Part shown: positions 16,298 to 25,820 of the stretch, one piece after another
Layout: each line of letters opens with the position of its first letter
Numbering within the stretch: the stretch's first letter is position 1
Sequence record: OQ921725.1
Length of the DNA stretch: 64,000 bases
Strand: one strand, 5' to 3'
The notes under the pieces: model-generated
The model's database searches: none
Seen by the model: the letters and a program-made list of their open reading frames with translations, nothing else
Told to the model about the DNA's origin: nothing
Made by a program: the position numbers and the translations under genes

Positions 16298-16821
16298 CCG
16301 ACATCAACGATCTCGACCAGTACCTCGGCAAGTACGTGGAGCTGATCGACCCGGATGGTGAGAGCGCGGCCGGTTTCCTCGTGAAGATCCACGACGAGAT
16401 CGACTACATCCCGTACCCGGTGCGCACCGTGCTGCTCGACTGGGGCCAGGGCTGGCGCATCGGCGAGTCGACCGAGGTGAACATCCTCCCGGCACCCGAC
16501 GGCCAGAAGGCCCCGCAGATCATCAGCGGGATCGACATCCTGCACAACTTCGCGCACGACGGCGGCTGCCCGGACATGAACTGCCGGACGCGGGCTCGCA
16601 TTCAGCTCCGCGCGCTGCGCGAGTGGCGCATGAAGCAGGAGAGCGCCTACTGGCAGCACCGCTTCGTGCGCCGGGTGCGGGAGAACCGGGAGGACCCGGC
16701 CGCCGTGGCGTATGTGATCCGCCAGGCCGAGGAGGAAGGTGCCCCGCAGGACATCCTGGACCACCTCCAGATCCTGGCCGAGCGCGCCTACAGGGCCGTG
16801 GCCATGGGGGAGAAGCAGTGA
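16294..16821 (+). CDS. Hypothetical protein
   Basis: GTGA overlap. Confidence 0.75.
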   Translation: MTDINDLDQYLGKYVELIDPDGESAAGFLVKIHDEIDYIPYPVRTVLLDWGQGWRIGESTEVNILPAPDGQKAPQIISGIDILHNFAHDGGCPDMNCRTRARIQLRALREWRMKQESAYWQHRFVRRVRENREDPAAVAYVIRQAEEEGAPQDILDHLQILAERAYRAVAMGEKQ

Positions 16822-17018
16822 ACCCCACGCCGTGCCCCTGCTGCGGGGCGGAACGCAGGCGCAGGCAGTACCTGTGCACCTCCTGCTGGGACCAGCTCCG
16901 GGTCTGGGTGAAGAACGCCCTGAAGAAGACCGACGACCTGGCGGCCGAGCGCCTGCGTGAGCTGTACGACCAGATCCACGACCACCGGCTGCTGAACGAG
17001 ATCGAGGTGACACCGTGA
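16818..17018 (+). CDS. Small zinc-binding protein
   Basis: CPCC...CTSCW; GTGA overlap. Confidence 0.7.
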   Translation: MNPTPCPCCGAERRRRQYLCTSCWDQLRVWVKNALKKTDDLAAERLRELYDQIHDHRLLNEIEVTP

Positions 17019-17305
17019 GCGAACGTGTCAGCATGGTCCGCCTGCTGCACGGGCTGATGTACCCGACGATCGCCCGCTGCCAGAACAAGAGCTGCTTCCT
17101 CGGGCGCACGCTGCCCGGGGTCCGGCTGGAGACCGGGGCGGTCATGGAGTTCGCCGTGGCCGACGACGCCATGCACGCGCTGCGCTCGCGCCTCGACGAG
17201 AAGAGGCAGCGGGACGACCTGATGGAGGCCATGCGGGCGGGCGGCCGGAACGTCGTGCGTTTCGATGCCCGGGGCGTCATGGTCGTCACCCGGCGGGAGG
17301 AGTGA
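17015..17305 (+). CDS. Hypothetical protein
   Basis: GTGA overlap. Confidence 0.7.
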   Translation: MSERVSMVRLLHGLMYPTIARCQNKSCFLGRTLPGVRLETGAVMEFAVADDAMHALRSRLDEKRQRDDLMEAMRAGGRNVVRFDARGVMVVTRREE

Positions 17306-17475
17306 TGGACGCGGGGCGGATCCTCGGTGTCGGTATGGCGGGCGCGGCGATCCTGTCGGGCCTGCTCGTCGGCTCGGCCGAGCTGTACAGAAGACTGACC
17401 CAGCTCGGCATGAAGCCGGAGCAGGGGCCGGTGAAGACGAGCCTGTCGAAGGAGCCCGGCGATGAGGAAGGGTGA
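17305..17475 (+). CDS. Small membrane protein (56 aa, not in ORF track)
   Basis: MDAGRILGVGMAGAAILSGLLVGSAELYRRL...; TGATG coupling. Confidence 0.6.
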   Translation: MDAGRILGVGMAGAAILSGLLVGSAELYRRLTQLGMKPEQGPVKTSLSKEPGDEEG

Positions 17476-17932
17476 ACCGACACGCGCTGACCTGGCGCTG
17501 GGTGCACTGGCTGACGTGCGCAAGGTGCTCGACGAGTGGACCGGGACGGACTGGAGCCACACGAACCCGGCTCAGGAGATCGATCACATCGTGCACCTCG
17601 CGTACGCGAAGCTCCGCATGGAGTCCATGCGCCGCGAGCGCCGGTCGGCCACGTGGCTGGGTCAGGTGATCAGCGCCGTCTTCCCTCGCGAACTCGCCTG
17701 GTACCGGGAGCGGGAACCCGACACGGCGCTCTGCTTCGAGGTGCGCATCACGGACGGAACGAAGGATGCGGTCGGCCGGAAGGTGGAGATCCGCCTGTCG
17801 GCCAACGACGCCGACTTCCTGGCCATGTCGATGAAGGGGATGGCCGAGTGGGGCAAGGGCAAGCCGGGCCCCGCCGACCGACTGGGGGAGCTGCTGCCCG
17901 GCGGCTCCGTGAGTGAGGAGGATCGGACATGA
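17462..17932 (+). CDS. Hypothetical protein
   Basis: Coding bias. Confidence 0.7.
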   Translation: MRKGEPTRADLALGALADVRKVLDEWTGTDWSHTNPAQEIDHIVHLAYAKLRMESMRRERRSATWLGQVISAVFPRELAWYREREPDTALCFEVRITDGTKDAVGRKVEIRLSANDADFLAMSMKGMAEWGKGKPGPADRLGELLPGGSVSEEDRT

Positions 17933-18342
17933 GCTACCCGACGCTGTTCTCGGTGCCCGGCATGAAGGACTTCGCCGAGAAGGTGGACGACGAGCGCGCC
18001 CGCCAGCTCAAGAAGTGGGGCGACCAGATCCACCCGGACATCGACCCTCGCGACATCGCGTTCGTGACGCACCACCACTACGAGTACAAGGCCCAGATCA
18101 TGAAGGGGGTCAACGACGAACGTGAGACCCCCAGCCGGACCGTAGGCCGGTGCAGCAAGTGCCCGCCCGAGGGTGATCACAAGCACGTGGCCTGGGACTT
18201 CATACTCCTGGAGGAGGTCTACGAGGCGCTGGCCGAAGCCGCTGCCGGAGACCTGGAGAAGCTGGAGACCGAGCTGATCCAGACGGCCGCCGTCGTGGCG
18301 GCGTGGATCTACGACATCCGGCGCAGGAAGGGACTCGTCTGA
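17929..18342 (+). CDS. MazG-like nucleotide pyrophosphohydrolase
   Basis: ERARQLKKWGDQ...W..ILLEEVYEAL...ELIQTAAV.AAWI; EExxE...ExxQ helical motif. Confidence 0.7.
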   Translation: MSYPTLFSVPGMKDFAEKVDDERARQLKKWGDQIHPDIDPRDIAFVTHHHYEYKAQIMKGVNDERETPSRTVGRCSKCPPEGDHKHVAWDFILLEEVYEALAEAAAGDLEKLETELIQTAAVVAAWIYDIRRRKGLV

Positions 18343-18866
18343 TGGACGGCATGGGCACCGCGCACTACGTGCGCGGGTCCGGCGATCAGCTCGACCGGCA
18401 CGAGGGGCCCGTCGAGAAGTGCGGCGATCCGGGGTGCGCGTGGCCGAGGATCGGAGGCATGGTCACCGTGACCTCCAAGGGGCGTCAGGTGACCGGCTCG
18501 CTGCTGAACAAGGGCGACGACCGCGTTCAGGTGAAGACGCCCGACGGCAAGATTCATCCTGCCCCCATGGTCACGGTGCGGAAGGTCGAGTGGGGCGTCT
18601 ACTGCCCTCACGGAACGAAGCTGATCGAGTCGGAGAACGCCGAGCACACCTGTCACCTGCCGAAGGAATTCTGCGAGCGCAGCGGTGACCTCGGGCATCT
18701 CTGCATCGATCACCAGCCGTGGTGCCGGGGGTGCTATCCCGACGGGCAGAAGATCCATCCGTGGCCCTGCGGGGAAGAGGGCTGCACGGAGGCCGACTTC
18801 GACCGCGAGCAGCAGGAGGCGGAGGAGGCGCACTACGAGGAGTTGCGGCAGTCGTACTACCGCTGA
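18342..18866 (+). CDS. Hypothetical Cys/His-rich protein with an SH3-like segment
   Basis: TGATG coupling. Confidence 0.7.
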   Translation: MDGMGTAHYVRGSGDQLDRHEGPVEKCGDPGCAWPRIGGMVTVTSKGRQVTGSLLNKGDDRVQVKTPDGKIHPAPMVTVRKVEWGVYCPHGTKLIESENAEHTCHLPKEFCERSGDLGHLCIDHQPWCRGCYPDGQKIHPWPCGEEGCTEADFDREQQEAEEAHYEELRQSYYR

Positions 18867-18885
18867 ACCGGAAAGGGTGAAGGAC

Positions 18886-19593
18886 GTGGAACGGCCCAAG
18901 AAGTCGAACGTCAGACACGGCATGGCTTCCTGCGGCCGGTACGGCTGCGAGAGGACCGAGTGCAAGGAGGCGTACTACCGGTCCCAGAAGCTCAGCCGGA
19001 TCGGGCAGGAGCGAGGCGAGAGTGCACGGGTTCCGGCCGACGAGGCGCGAGCCCACGGGAAGCTGCTGACCGAAGCGGGCATGTTCGTGACGGACATCGC
19101 CCGGCTGGCCGGAGTCTCCCGCTCGATCGTCGGTCAGGTGATCTCCGGCCGGGTGGCCCGGATTCACCGCGACACGGCCGCCGCCATCCTCGGAGTGCCC
19201 GTTCCCCGCAAGGAGTTCGTCGGGTGTGACGGCATCGTTCCGGCCCTGACGGCGCAGCGCAGAATCAGGGCTCTGAGCAGGCGAGGCTTCTCGCTGAAGG
19301 TCATGGCGCGCGAGATGAACGCCAGCGTCTTCACCATCGACAGCATCCGCAACGGCAACAGGGTGCGCATCCGCGCCTCCATGGATCAGGCGATCCACGC
19401 CGCTTACAACCGGCTGTGGAACGTGGATCCGCTGAGCCTCGGGGTGACGCCAGGTGGGGTGACGCAGGCCAGGAACTGGGCGATCGAGCAGGAGTGGCCG
19501 CCCCCGGCCGCCTGGGACGACGACACGATCGGCGACCCGAAGGCGAAGCCGAAGGGCATGCTGCCCAAGGACAGGGACGAGATAGGCGCCTAG
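18886..19593 (+). CDS. Double HTH DNA-binding protein with N-terminal HG...C...C...C motif
   Basis: DIARLAGVSRSIVGQVISG and KVMAREMNASVFTIDSIRNG; WPPPAAWDDD. Confidence 0.8.
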   Translation: MERPKKSNVRHGMASCGRYGCERTECKEAYYRSQKLSRIGQERGESARVPADEARAHGKLLTEAGMFVTDIARLAGVSRSIVGQVISGRVARIHRDTAAAILGVPVPRKEFVGCDGIVPALTAQRRIRALSRRGFSLKVMAREMNASVFTIDSIRNGNRVRIRASMDQAIHAAYNRLWNVDPLSLGVTPGGVTQARNWAIEQEWPPPAAWDDDTIGDPKAKPKGMLPKDRDEIGA

Positions 19594-19611
19594 CGCCGGG
19601 AGAGGGGAAGC

Positions 19612-20436
19612 GTGATGGCCACGCCGAACGGCATGACCACGGCCGAGCTGGACGACAAGCTCCGCCAGCACTTCATCAGCGACAAAGATCAGCTCGACCT
19701 TGCCGGGGCCGGAGCCGTGTACCTGACCGAGGTCACCGCGCCCGGCCACTCCGGGCGCCGGGCCGACGCCGTGCACATCGGACTGTGGGCTTCGCGCGGC
19801 GCCGGGATCGTCGAGGTCTGCGAGCTGAAGGTGAGCCGCGCCGACTGGCTCCGGGAGCTGAAAGAGCCGAAGAAGGCCGAGGCGTGGTGGCCATACTGCA
19901 ACATCTTCTGGCTGGTCGTGCCGCACGAGGGGATCGTGCAGGACGACGAGCTGCCCAAGGGCTGGGGCCTGATGATGCCCGGCACGCGGGGGCGCCGGTT
20001 CAAAGTGCTCGTGAAGCCGGAGGAGCGGGAGGCGCAGATCACGCCGGGCCTGCTCATCACCCTGCTGAAGAACACCGAGACCACCCGGACGAACGCGCTC
20101 CAGAGGCAGGAGCGGGAGCTGCGGCAGAAGTTCCACGACCAGGAGCGGCAGGCGCAGCGCCAGCGGGGCACCTTCAACGAGAAGGACCGGCGGCGCCTCG
20201 AACTCATGGACCGCCTGGAGGCCGCTCTGGGGGTCGGCCTGGCCGAGTACTCCTGGGAGGACAAGCTGGAGCCGGAGGGGGCTGCTGAAGCCCTTCAGGC
20301 CCTCGTCCAGGGGCGCCTCCGCCTGGACAGGGCGAAGGATCGGGCAGAGTCTGCCGTCAGGGAGTTGGACCGGGCCGCCAGGACGGCGCAGGAGACGGCC
20401 GACAGGCTGCGCAAAGAGATGGGGATCAAGCGATGA
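19612..20436 (+). CDS. MmcB-like PD-(D/E)XK nuclease-fold protein with coiled coil
   Basis: RRADAV...ELKVSRADWLREL.EP.KAEAW. Confidence 0.75.
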   Translation: MMATPNGMTTAELDDKLRQHFISDKDQLDLAGAGAVYLTEVTAPGHSGRRADAVHIGLWASRGAGIVEVCELKVSRADWLRELKEPKKAEAWWPYCNIFWLVVPHEGIVQDDELPKGWGLMMPGTRGRRFKVLVKPEEREAQITPGLLITLLKNTETTRTNALQRQERELRQKFHDQERQAQRQRGTFNEKDRRRLELMDRLEAALGVGLAEYSWEDKLEPEGAAEALQALVQGRLRLDRAKDRAESAVRELDRAARTAQETADRLRKEMGIKR

Positions 20437-20753
20437 AGGAGAAGAGCGTGCGGCGGATGTTCCGGTACGAGGTTCCGGTCGACGACCAGGAGCACCGGCA
20501 CGTGGTCCACGGCGTCGTGAAGAAGGTGGCCACCCAGGAGTGGGTGCCCGGCAAGATGCCGGTCGTGGAGTTCTGGGCCGAGGACATCACCCCAGCGCCG
20601 AACGGCACGCTGCTTCAGCGCACCTTCCAAGTGTTCGGGACCGGTCAGCCGCTCCCGGAGAAGGCGAAGTGGCGCGGTACCACAGACCGGGACCCGGCCG
20701 GTCTGGTCTGGCACCTGTACGAGATGGTCGCGGAAGGGGAGGGCGATGACTGA
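20433..20753 (+). CDS. Conserved phage protein (DUF7352-like)
   Basis: MFRYEVPVDD...EFWAE...FQVFGTGQPLP...LVWHLYE. Confidence 0.6.
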   Translation: MKEKSVRRMFRYEVPVDDQEHRHVVHGVVKKVATQEWVPGKMPVVEFWAEDITPAPNGTLLQRTFQVFGTGQPLPEKAKWRGTTDRDPAGLVWHLYEMVAEGEGDD

Positions 20754-21534
20754 CCCCTGCCAGACGACCCGGCACTGCGCGGACCACGGCTGGTGCCACC
20801 GCTGCGACCCGGCACTCGCCGCCCTCATGAGCGAGGTCAACCGGCTGGTGCACGAGGCCACCACGGACAGCTCGGTGCGCAGCGCGCTGTACGAGAAGAT
20901 CGGCGCCCTGCTGCACACCGGGGACCCGGTGCGGGCGGCGGCAGAGCTGGCCGAGGCCCGGCAGACGATCCAGAAGCTGAACCGGCGAGCCCAGGCGGCG
21001 GAGTCCGTGGCCGAACGGTACGCTCGGGCGATCCGCGACTGGCGGATCAGCGAGAAGGGCACGTATGTGCCCTACGAGAGTCTGAAGGAGATCGGCGCCC
21101 TGGCCGGGGTCGAGATCCTTCCCCACGTCCGGTACATGCAGCGCTTCGAGAACGCCCAGAGGGCCGAAGAGTTCATCGAGCAGATCTACGCCCTGCTGGA
21201 GTACTGGAACACCCTCACGGCACCCTTCGGGCCGCCGCAGTCGTGGTGGTGGGAAGAGCGCCGGGCGGAACTGTCGGACGTCCTCGCCGGGCGCGGTCAG
21301 CCCGGCGCCCGGGACAGCATGCGGGCCCAGGTGAAGGCGGCCGTCGAGGCGTCCCACCTGAACGACGCCGACGTGGCCCGGCACCTCGGACTGAGCACCA
21401 AGCACGTGAGCCAGATGCTCACGGGGCAGGCGACGCTCACCATCGGGTGGGCGGAGAAGATCCTGGCCCTCTGCGGTCAGCGGCTGGAGATCAGAGCGGT
21501 CTCCGCCATCCCTTCGGAAGGGGAGAGTTCGTGA
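20746..21534 (+). CDS. Protein with C-terminal Xre/HigA-like HTH
   Basis: NDADVARHLGLSTKHVSQMLTGQATLTIGWAEKI. Confidence 0.75.
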   Translation: MTDPCQTTRHCADHGWCHRCDPALAALMSEVNRLVHEATTDSSVRSALYEKIGALLHTGDPVRAAAELAEARQTIQKLNRRAQAAESVAERYARAIRDWRISEKGTYVPYESLKEIGALAGVEILPHVRYMQRFENAQRAEEFIEQIYALLEYWNTLTAPFGPPQSWWWEERRAELSDVLAGRGQPGARDSMRAQVKAAVEASHLNDADVARHLGLSTKHVSQMLTGQATLTIGWAEKILALCGQRLEIRAVSAIPSEGESS

Positions 21535-21797
21535 GCGACGAGAATTACCGGGTCGAGAAGGGCAACATCTACGAGTCGGCCGATCCGCGTGACGGCGGGC
21601 GTCAGATCCTGGTCACCTCGTACGTGCCGGGCTACCTGAAGGCCAACATCGTCAGCCACCCGAGCGGGAAGAACCACCGCAACGTCGGCGTGAAGTACCT
21701 GCACAAGGACCGCAACACCGGCAAGGGGACGCCGCGCAAGAACGGCTACTTCTTCGTCGGCAAGAAGCAGGAGGACACCGCCGAGGCCACGGCCTGA
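21531..21797 (+). CDS. Hypothetical basic protein
   Basis: GTGA overlap, RBS GGGAGAG. Confidence 0.7.
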   Translation: MSDENYRVEKGNIYESADPRDGGRQILVTSYVPGYLKANIVSHPSGKNHRNVGVKYLHKDRNTGKGTPRKNGYFFVGKKQEDTAEATA

Positions 21798-21808
21798 CGC
21801 AGACGCCG

Positions 21809-21857
21809 GAAGGAGCTGCACCTGATCCGCCACGCAAGCGGAAGGTGCAGCTCCTTC
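21809..21857. terminator. 15-bp inverted repeat between convergent operons
   Basis: GAAGGAGCTGCACCT / AGGTGCAGCTCCTTC. Confidence 0.65.
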
Positions 21858-21955
21858 GTCGTTGAGCCATCGGTGTACTCGATCTCGATCGTGTCCTCAC
21901 CCGGTTCGGGCTCGGCCCAGGACGGGGGCCGGAACTTCGCCACCCGGCAAGGGTG

Positions 21956-22405
21956 TCAGGTCCGCGACCACTCCACCTGCTGGGTGGCGGCCTGGTTCTT
22001 CTCGGCCTGCTCGGCTTCCTGCATCCTGACCTGGTTGCGGAGCAGGCTGTTGACGACGGGCTCGCTCACGCCCAGCTCCTCGGCATGTGCACGCACCTGC
22101 TGGGCGCACTCGTTGAACCCGTCCACCCAGCGCTGATCAGCCTCGTTCTTGATCCGGTTGATGCCGTCGTGCATCTCCCTGACGACCTTCTCCAGCGAGA
22201 CGATCTCCTTGACCAGGCGGTTCCGGCTGGTGCAGATGCGTTCCAGCAGGCCCTCGGGCGCCCCCGCCGGGAAGAACTCGTCCAGCAGCAGGCGGGTGGC
22301 GCGCTCACCGTCGAGACGCATCCGCTCGTCCATCTGCTGGAAGTGCCGTCGCCGGGCCCGGCTCGCCTCCCGCTCACGCCGGGCCTGCTCCTGATAGTCA
22401 GTCAC
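21956..22405 (-). CDS. Hypothetical coiled-coil protein
   Basis: Coding bias. Confidence 0.75.
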   Translation of the reverse strand: MTDYQEQARREREASRARRRHFQQMDERMRLDGERATRLLLDEFFPAGAPEGLLERICTSRNRLVKEIVSLEKVVREMHDGINRIKNEADQRWVDGFNECAQQVRAHAEELGVSEPVVNSLLRNQVRMQEAEQAEKNQAATQQVEWSRT

Positions 22406-23156
22406 CGCTCGCCTCCGCCGCCAGCTCGGCCTGCTTCACGGCGGCCCGCTCGATCTGGAACTTCATCTCCGGCACCGCCTTGCGCTTCTTGGCCAGCGCC
22501 TCGGGCAGCCCCGGGTGGCGGGGCTCGTCACGCAGCCACTTCTCGTACAGGCGGATCCTGCCCTCCAGCACGGCGAGCCGGGCCTGAGCCTGCTCGACGA
22601 GCGTGCCGGAGAAGTCGCCGCTCTCGATCCGGATCTGCTCCTCACGCAGCCGCGTCGCCTCCGGCAGGACGTAGTCCGGAGTGCGGGGGCTGACGGCCAG
22701 GCCGGTCTCCACCCGGCGTTCCTTCAGTACCCACGGAGGAGTGCCGCCCCGCTTGCCCTGCGGTGGCTTGCTGCGGGTCTCGGGACGCCGGGATGCGGCG
22801 GGCGCACTGCGCGGCGCCGGGATGGAGCGCTGAGGTGCCGGACGCCGGTCGTCGAACTTGCGGGGCACCCGGGGCACGAAGCCGCCGAGCCGCACCGACA
22901 TGGGGCGCTCGTTGCCCATGCCGTACACCGACACGATCTTCAGGTCACCGAGCTGGCGCACGATGTCCCTCGCCTCGGCCTGGCCCAGCTTCTTGCCGTC
23001 GCGGTCTTCGAGGTTGGCTACGTCGAGCGACGTCACGGGCCTGTTGGCGGCGGTCGACCAGGAGAGCAGGGCCAGGACCGCCATCTCTTCGTAGTCGAGC
23101 TGACCGAGAACCGTCGGCGACGGGGCGATACCCGTCCAGGGCTGCTTCTCGTTCAC
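22398..23156 (-). CDS. Winged-helix protein with basic linker and helical C-terminus
   Basis: EEMAVLALL...VTSLDVAN...AEARDIVRQLGDLKIVSVY; RBS AAGGAAGGGAG. Confidence 0.7.
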   Translation of the reverse strand: MNEKQPWTGIAPSPTVLGQLDYEEMAVLALLSWSTAANRPVTSLDVANLEDRDGKKLGQAEARDIVRQLGDLKIVSVYGMGNERPMSVRLGGFVPRVPRKFDDRRPAPQRSIPAPRSAPAASRRPETRSKPPQGKRGGTPPWVLKERRVETGLAVSPRTPDYVLPEATRLREEQIRIESGDFSGTLVEQAQARLAVLEGRIRLYEKWLRDEPRHPGLPEALAKKRKAVPEMKFQIERAAVKQAELAAEASGD

Positions 23157-23330
23157 GTTCTCTCCCTTCCTTGTCCCCGGAGCACGGGGATCATGATAGG
23201 CATCATATCGCCGTTGACCTGCACGTGTCACTCTCGGTTCATCGTTCACCGAATGACGTGAAACCATAGAACTCTCTGTGATGCAGATCGCCAAGACGAG
23301 CTTGCGGCAAACATGTTGATGTGGATAGAC

Positions 23331-23342
23331 TGGCCTAGGCAG
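23331..23342. promoter_or_regulatory. Operator variant TGGCCTAGGCAG overlapping -10 TAGACT of the terD operon
   Basis: Repeat family. Confidence 0.6.
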
Positions 23343-23383
23343 CAACGGAAAAACGGCAGAATAAGCCGAGGAAAGGGAAGAGC

Positions 23384-23539
23384 GTGACGCTCGAATTCCA
23401 GAACGGAAGTGGCAGCTCCGGCGGTTCCGGATCCAGCGGGTCCGGCAACGGCAGCAGCGGTATCCCGGCGGGTGACCGGGGCAAGGGGCCCGACAACGAC
23501 GGCACCCTGAACGGTTTCCGGGTCGGGAGGACCAAGTAA
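23384..23539 (+). CDS. Gly/Ser-rich micropeptide (51 aa), coupled to terD
   Basis: MTLEFQNGSGSSGGSGSSGSGNGSSG...; RBS GGAAAGGGAAG; TAATG overlap. Confidence 0.55.
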   Translation: MTLEFQNGSGSSGGSGSSGSGNGSSGIPAGDRGKGPDNDGTLNGFRVGRTK

Positions 23540-24255
23540 TGGCGGACATGACCAAGGAAACCCTGTCGGACGCGCAGCTCGCCCCGGCGGGACTGCCCGT
23601 ACTGGGCATGGACGACGTCGCCCAGGTCACCGGAACCATCTCGGTCGGCGCCGCGTGGGACGCCAGCACCAAGGGCCGTGGAGGCATCTTCGGCCGAGCC
23701 TCGAAGAAGGCGGGCGCGGACCTCGACGCCGCCGCCGTCCTCTTCCAGGACAACGACCCGGTCACCCTCTGCGTCGGCTGGGACGAGAACTACAAGAACC
23801 CCCTGCACGGCCAGCCCGGCGACGGCTCGGTGCGGCACACGGGTGACGCCATCACCGGGGCCGAGGCCCAGGACGGCGACGACGAGGCCGTGATCCTGCA
23901 CCTCGACCAGATCCCCGCCGAGTTCCACCGCATCGTGGTCCAGGTCGCCGCGTTCAAGAAGAAGAACAAGGCGATGAAGGACCAGGGCTTCCAGGGCGCG
24001 AGCAACGTCCTGTTCACCGTCTACGACGGCGAGCCCACGGCCAACAACAAGCAGTTCTGCATCCGCCCCTCGCTGGTCGGCCGCGAGAACTGCGTGATCG
24101 TCTGCGTCCTCGACCGAGTCCTCGACGGCTCCGGCCGCCCGACCACCACGTGGGAGCTGCGCAAGCGCAAGGCCCGCGTGAACGTCGAGCACGGCAACGT
24201 GGAGGCGTTCATCAACGCCGCCGTCGCTGCCGGGAACGCCGCGCAGAACGCCTGA
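23539..24255 (+). CDS. terD: TerD-family stress protein
   Basis: DLDAAAVL, SVRHTGDAITG...GDDEAVILHLDQIP. Confidence 0.85.
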   Translation: MADMTKETLSDAQLAPAGLPVLGMDDVAQVTGTISVGAAWDASTKGRGGIFGRASKKAGADLDAAAVLFQDNDPVTLCVGWDENYKNPLHGQPGDGSVRHTGDAITGAEAQDGDDEAVILHLDQIPAEFHRIVVQVAAFKKKNKAMKDQGFQGASNVLFTVYDGEPTANNKQFCIRPSLVGRENCVIVCVLDRVLDGSGRPTTTWELRKRKARVNVEHGNVEAFINAAVAAGNAAQNA

Positions 24256-24273
24256 CCTACACCGCGCAGGACA

Positions 24274-24312
24274 GAACGGCCCGTCTCCCCAGACCCTGGA
24301 GGCGGGCCGTTC
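24274..24312 (+). terminator. Hairpin GAACGGCCCGTCTCC/GGAGGCGGGCCGTTC
   Basis: 15-bp stem after terD stop. Confidence 0.65.
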
Positions 24313-24370
24313 GCCGTTCCCACGGATACGCTCTTGCTGATACGGGCACGCCCGGAAATGAGGTGGAGCA

Positions 24371-25135
24371 GTGGCCAACGGATACGACAGTCACAGCCTG
24401 AAGACGACCGGCCTGAGCGAGGCGGCCAGTTCGGACATGCCGATGGGTCTGCGCACGGCGGTGAAGGACAAGAGGTTCACCCGAAACGGCATCGGCTTCC
24501 GGACCCAGCAGGAGGCCGACTACCCCGGCGGCACGGCCAACCGCAAGCGCGGCATGGACGAGTCGCAGCGGCCCTGGGAGACGGCACAGGAGGCGACGAG
24601 CCCGCAGATCCGGCCGCGCGCCACCCTGGAGAAGTCCGGGCTGCTCGAAGCGCTGCCCCCGTGGCTCCAGAAGAAGGGCGAGGGCGACGAGGAGGAGCAG
24701 AAGGAGGCAGCCGCCGAGTTCGTGCGCGAGAACATGAGCGCCTTCCCCTGCGAGGAGGACGCGCGCATGGCGCTCGCCGTGCTGAGCCAGTTCGTGGACG
24801 GCGACACCCTCGACGACCTCCAGCAGGCGATCGAGGACCAATACGGCGACCCCATGGAGGCGCCGCAGGTCGACGACTACGAGTACGGCGACCCCGACGA
24901 GGACGAGTACAGCTACATGGGGGAGGGCGATCTCCAGGAGGCGCCGCTGAACGCCGACAAGCGCAACAAGCTGCCGGACTCCGCCTTCGCCCTGCCCGGC
25001 CGGAAGTACCCCATCGACACCCCGGCTCGGGCCCGCAGTGCCCTGTCCCGGGTCGAGCAGTTCGGCTCCGACGAGGACAAGCGCAAGGTGCGCGCGGCCG
25101 TGAAGAAGCGATACCCGAACATGGACGTGAGCTGA
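24371..25135 (+). CDS. Acidic protein with C-terminal DUF6582-like domain
   Basis: LNADKRNKLPDSAFALPGRKYPIDTPARARSALSRVEQ. Confidence 0.7.
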   Translation: MANGYDSHSLKTTGLSEAASSDMPMGLRTAVKDKRFTRNGIGFRTQQEADYPGGTANRKRGMDESQRPWETAQEATSPQIRPRATLEKSGLLEALPPWLQKKGEGDEEEQKEAAAEFVRENMSAFPCEEDARMALAVLSQFVDGDTLDDLQQAIEDQYGDPMEAPQVDDYEYGDPDEDEYSYMGEGDLQEAPLNADKRNKLPDSAFALPGRKYPIDTPARARSALSRVEQFGSDEDKRKVRAAVKKRYPNMDVS

Positions 25136-25301
25136 GATGGGCGAACCCCGCTGCCGGTGAAGTCGGCCGGGCAAGGCCGGGCAGCGGGGTTCTGGAGGGG
25201 CCGTCCGGGTCACCGCAGGCGCCTCGTGAGCAGGTCCATCATTGCGCCCGTCCGGCTTGCCGGGCAAGGGATTCGAAAGGGTCCGAACGACCGGAAAGAA
25301 C

Positions 25302-25820
25302 TCAGGGGTTCTGGTCGGCCGTGTGGTAGAGCATGCCGGTCGGCAGGGCGATGAGCGAGCAGTTCGCCCAGCGGCAGATGTCCTGCGGCTCCGGGCCGTA
25401 CTGCACGTAGGCGCCCTCTTCAGTGATCCGGTCGGTGTCGGCCAGGGTGTAGCCCTCCGCCTCCGCCTCGGCCTGGTACTCCCGCCACTTCTCGTCGGTG
25501 CAGGCCCACTCGGTGCGCTGGCCCAGCAGGATGCCGAAGCAGGTGACCGCCCGTGCATCGCCGTCGGAGTCCCGGCCGAGCGGCGTTCGCATGCCGACGG
25601 TCTCGGCCACGAGGTCACCCATCCGGGGGTTCGCCATCCGCTCGTACAGCTCTCGGCCGCTCTCAGTGTGGGCGCCGTTCAGCGCCGCTCTCCACAGCTC
25701 GGTGGCGATCTGGAGGATCACCACCCGCCGCTGCATGGCGGCCTCGTCGAGGGCGAGCAGATCGTCCCGGGTCCGCTTGATTCCGGCGACGCCCTCGTGA
25801 GGCTGAGGCCACTTCGACAT
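25302..25820 (-). CDS. Hypothetical protein
   Basis: Coding bias. Confidence 0.75.
   Translation of the reverse strand: MSKWPQPHEGVAGIKRTRDDLLALDEAAMQRRVVILQIATELWRAALNGAHTESGRELYERMANPRMGDLVAETVGMRTPLGRDSDGDARAVTCFGILLGQRTEWACTDEKWREYQAEAEAEGYTLADTDRITEEGAYVQYGPEPQDICRWANCSLIALPTGMLYHTADQNP

Noticed and set aside
21746-21943. 65-aa minus-strand ORF
   Set aside because: The first half looks coding, but it runs through the 15-bp terminator repeat and overlaps the opposite gene; uncertain
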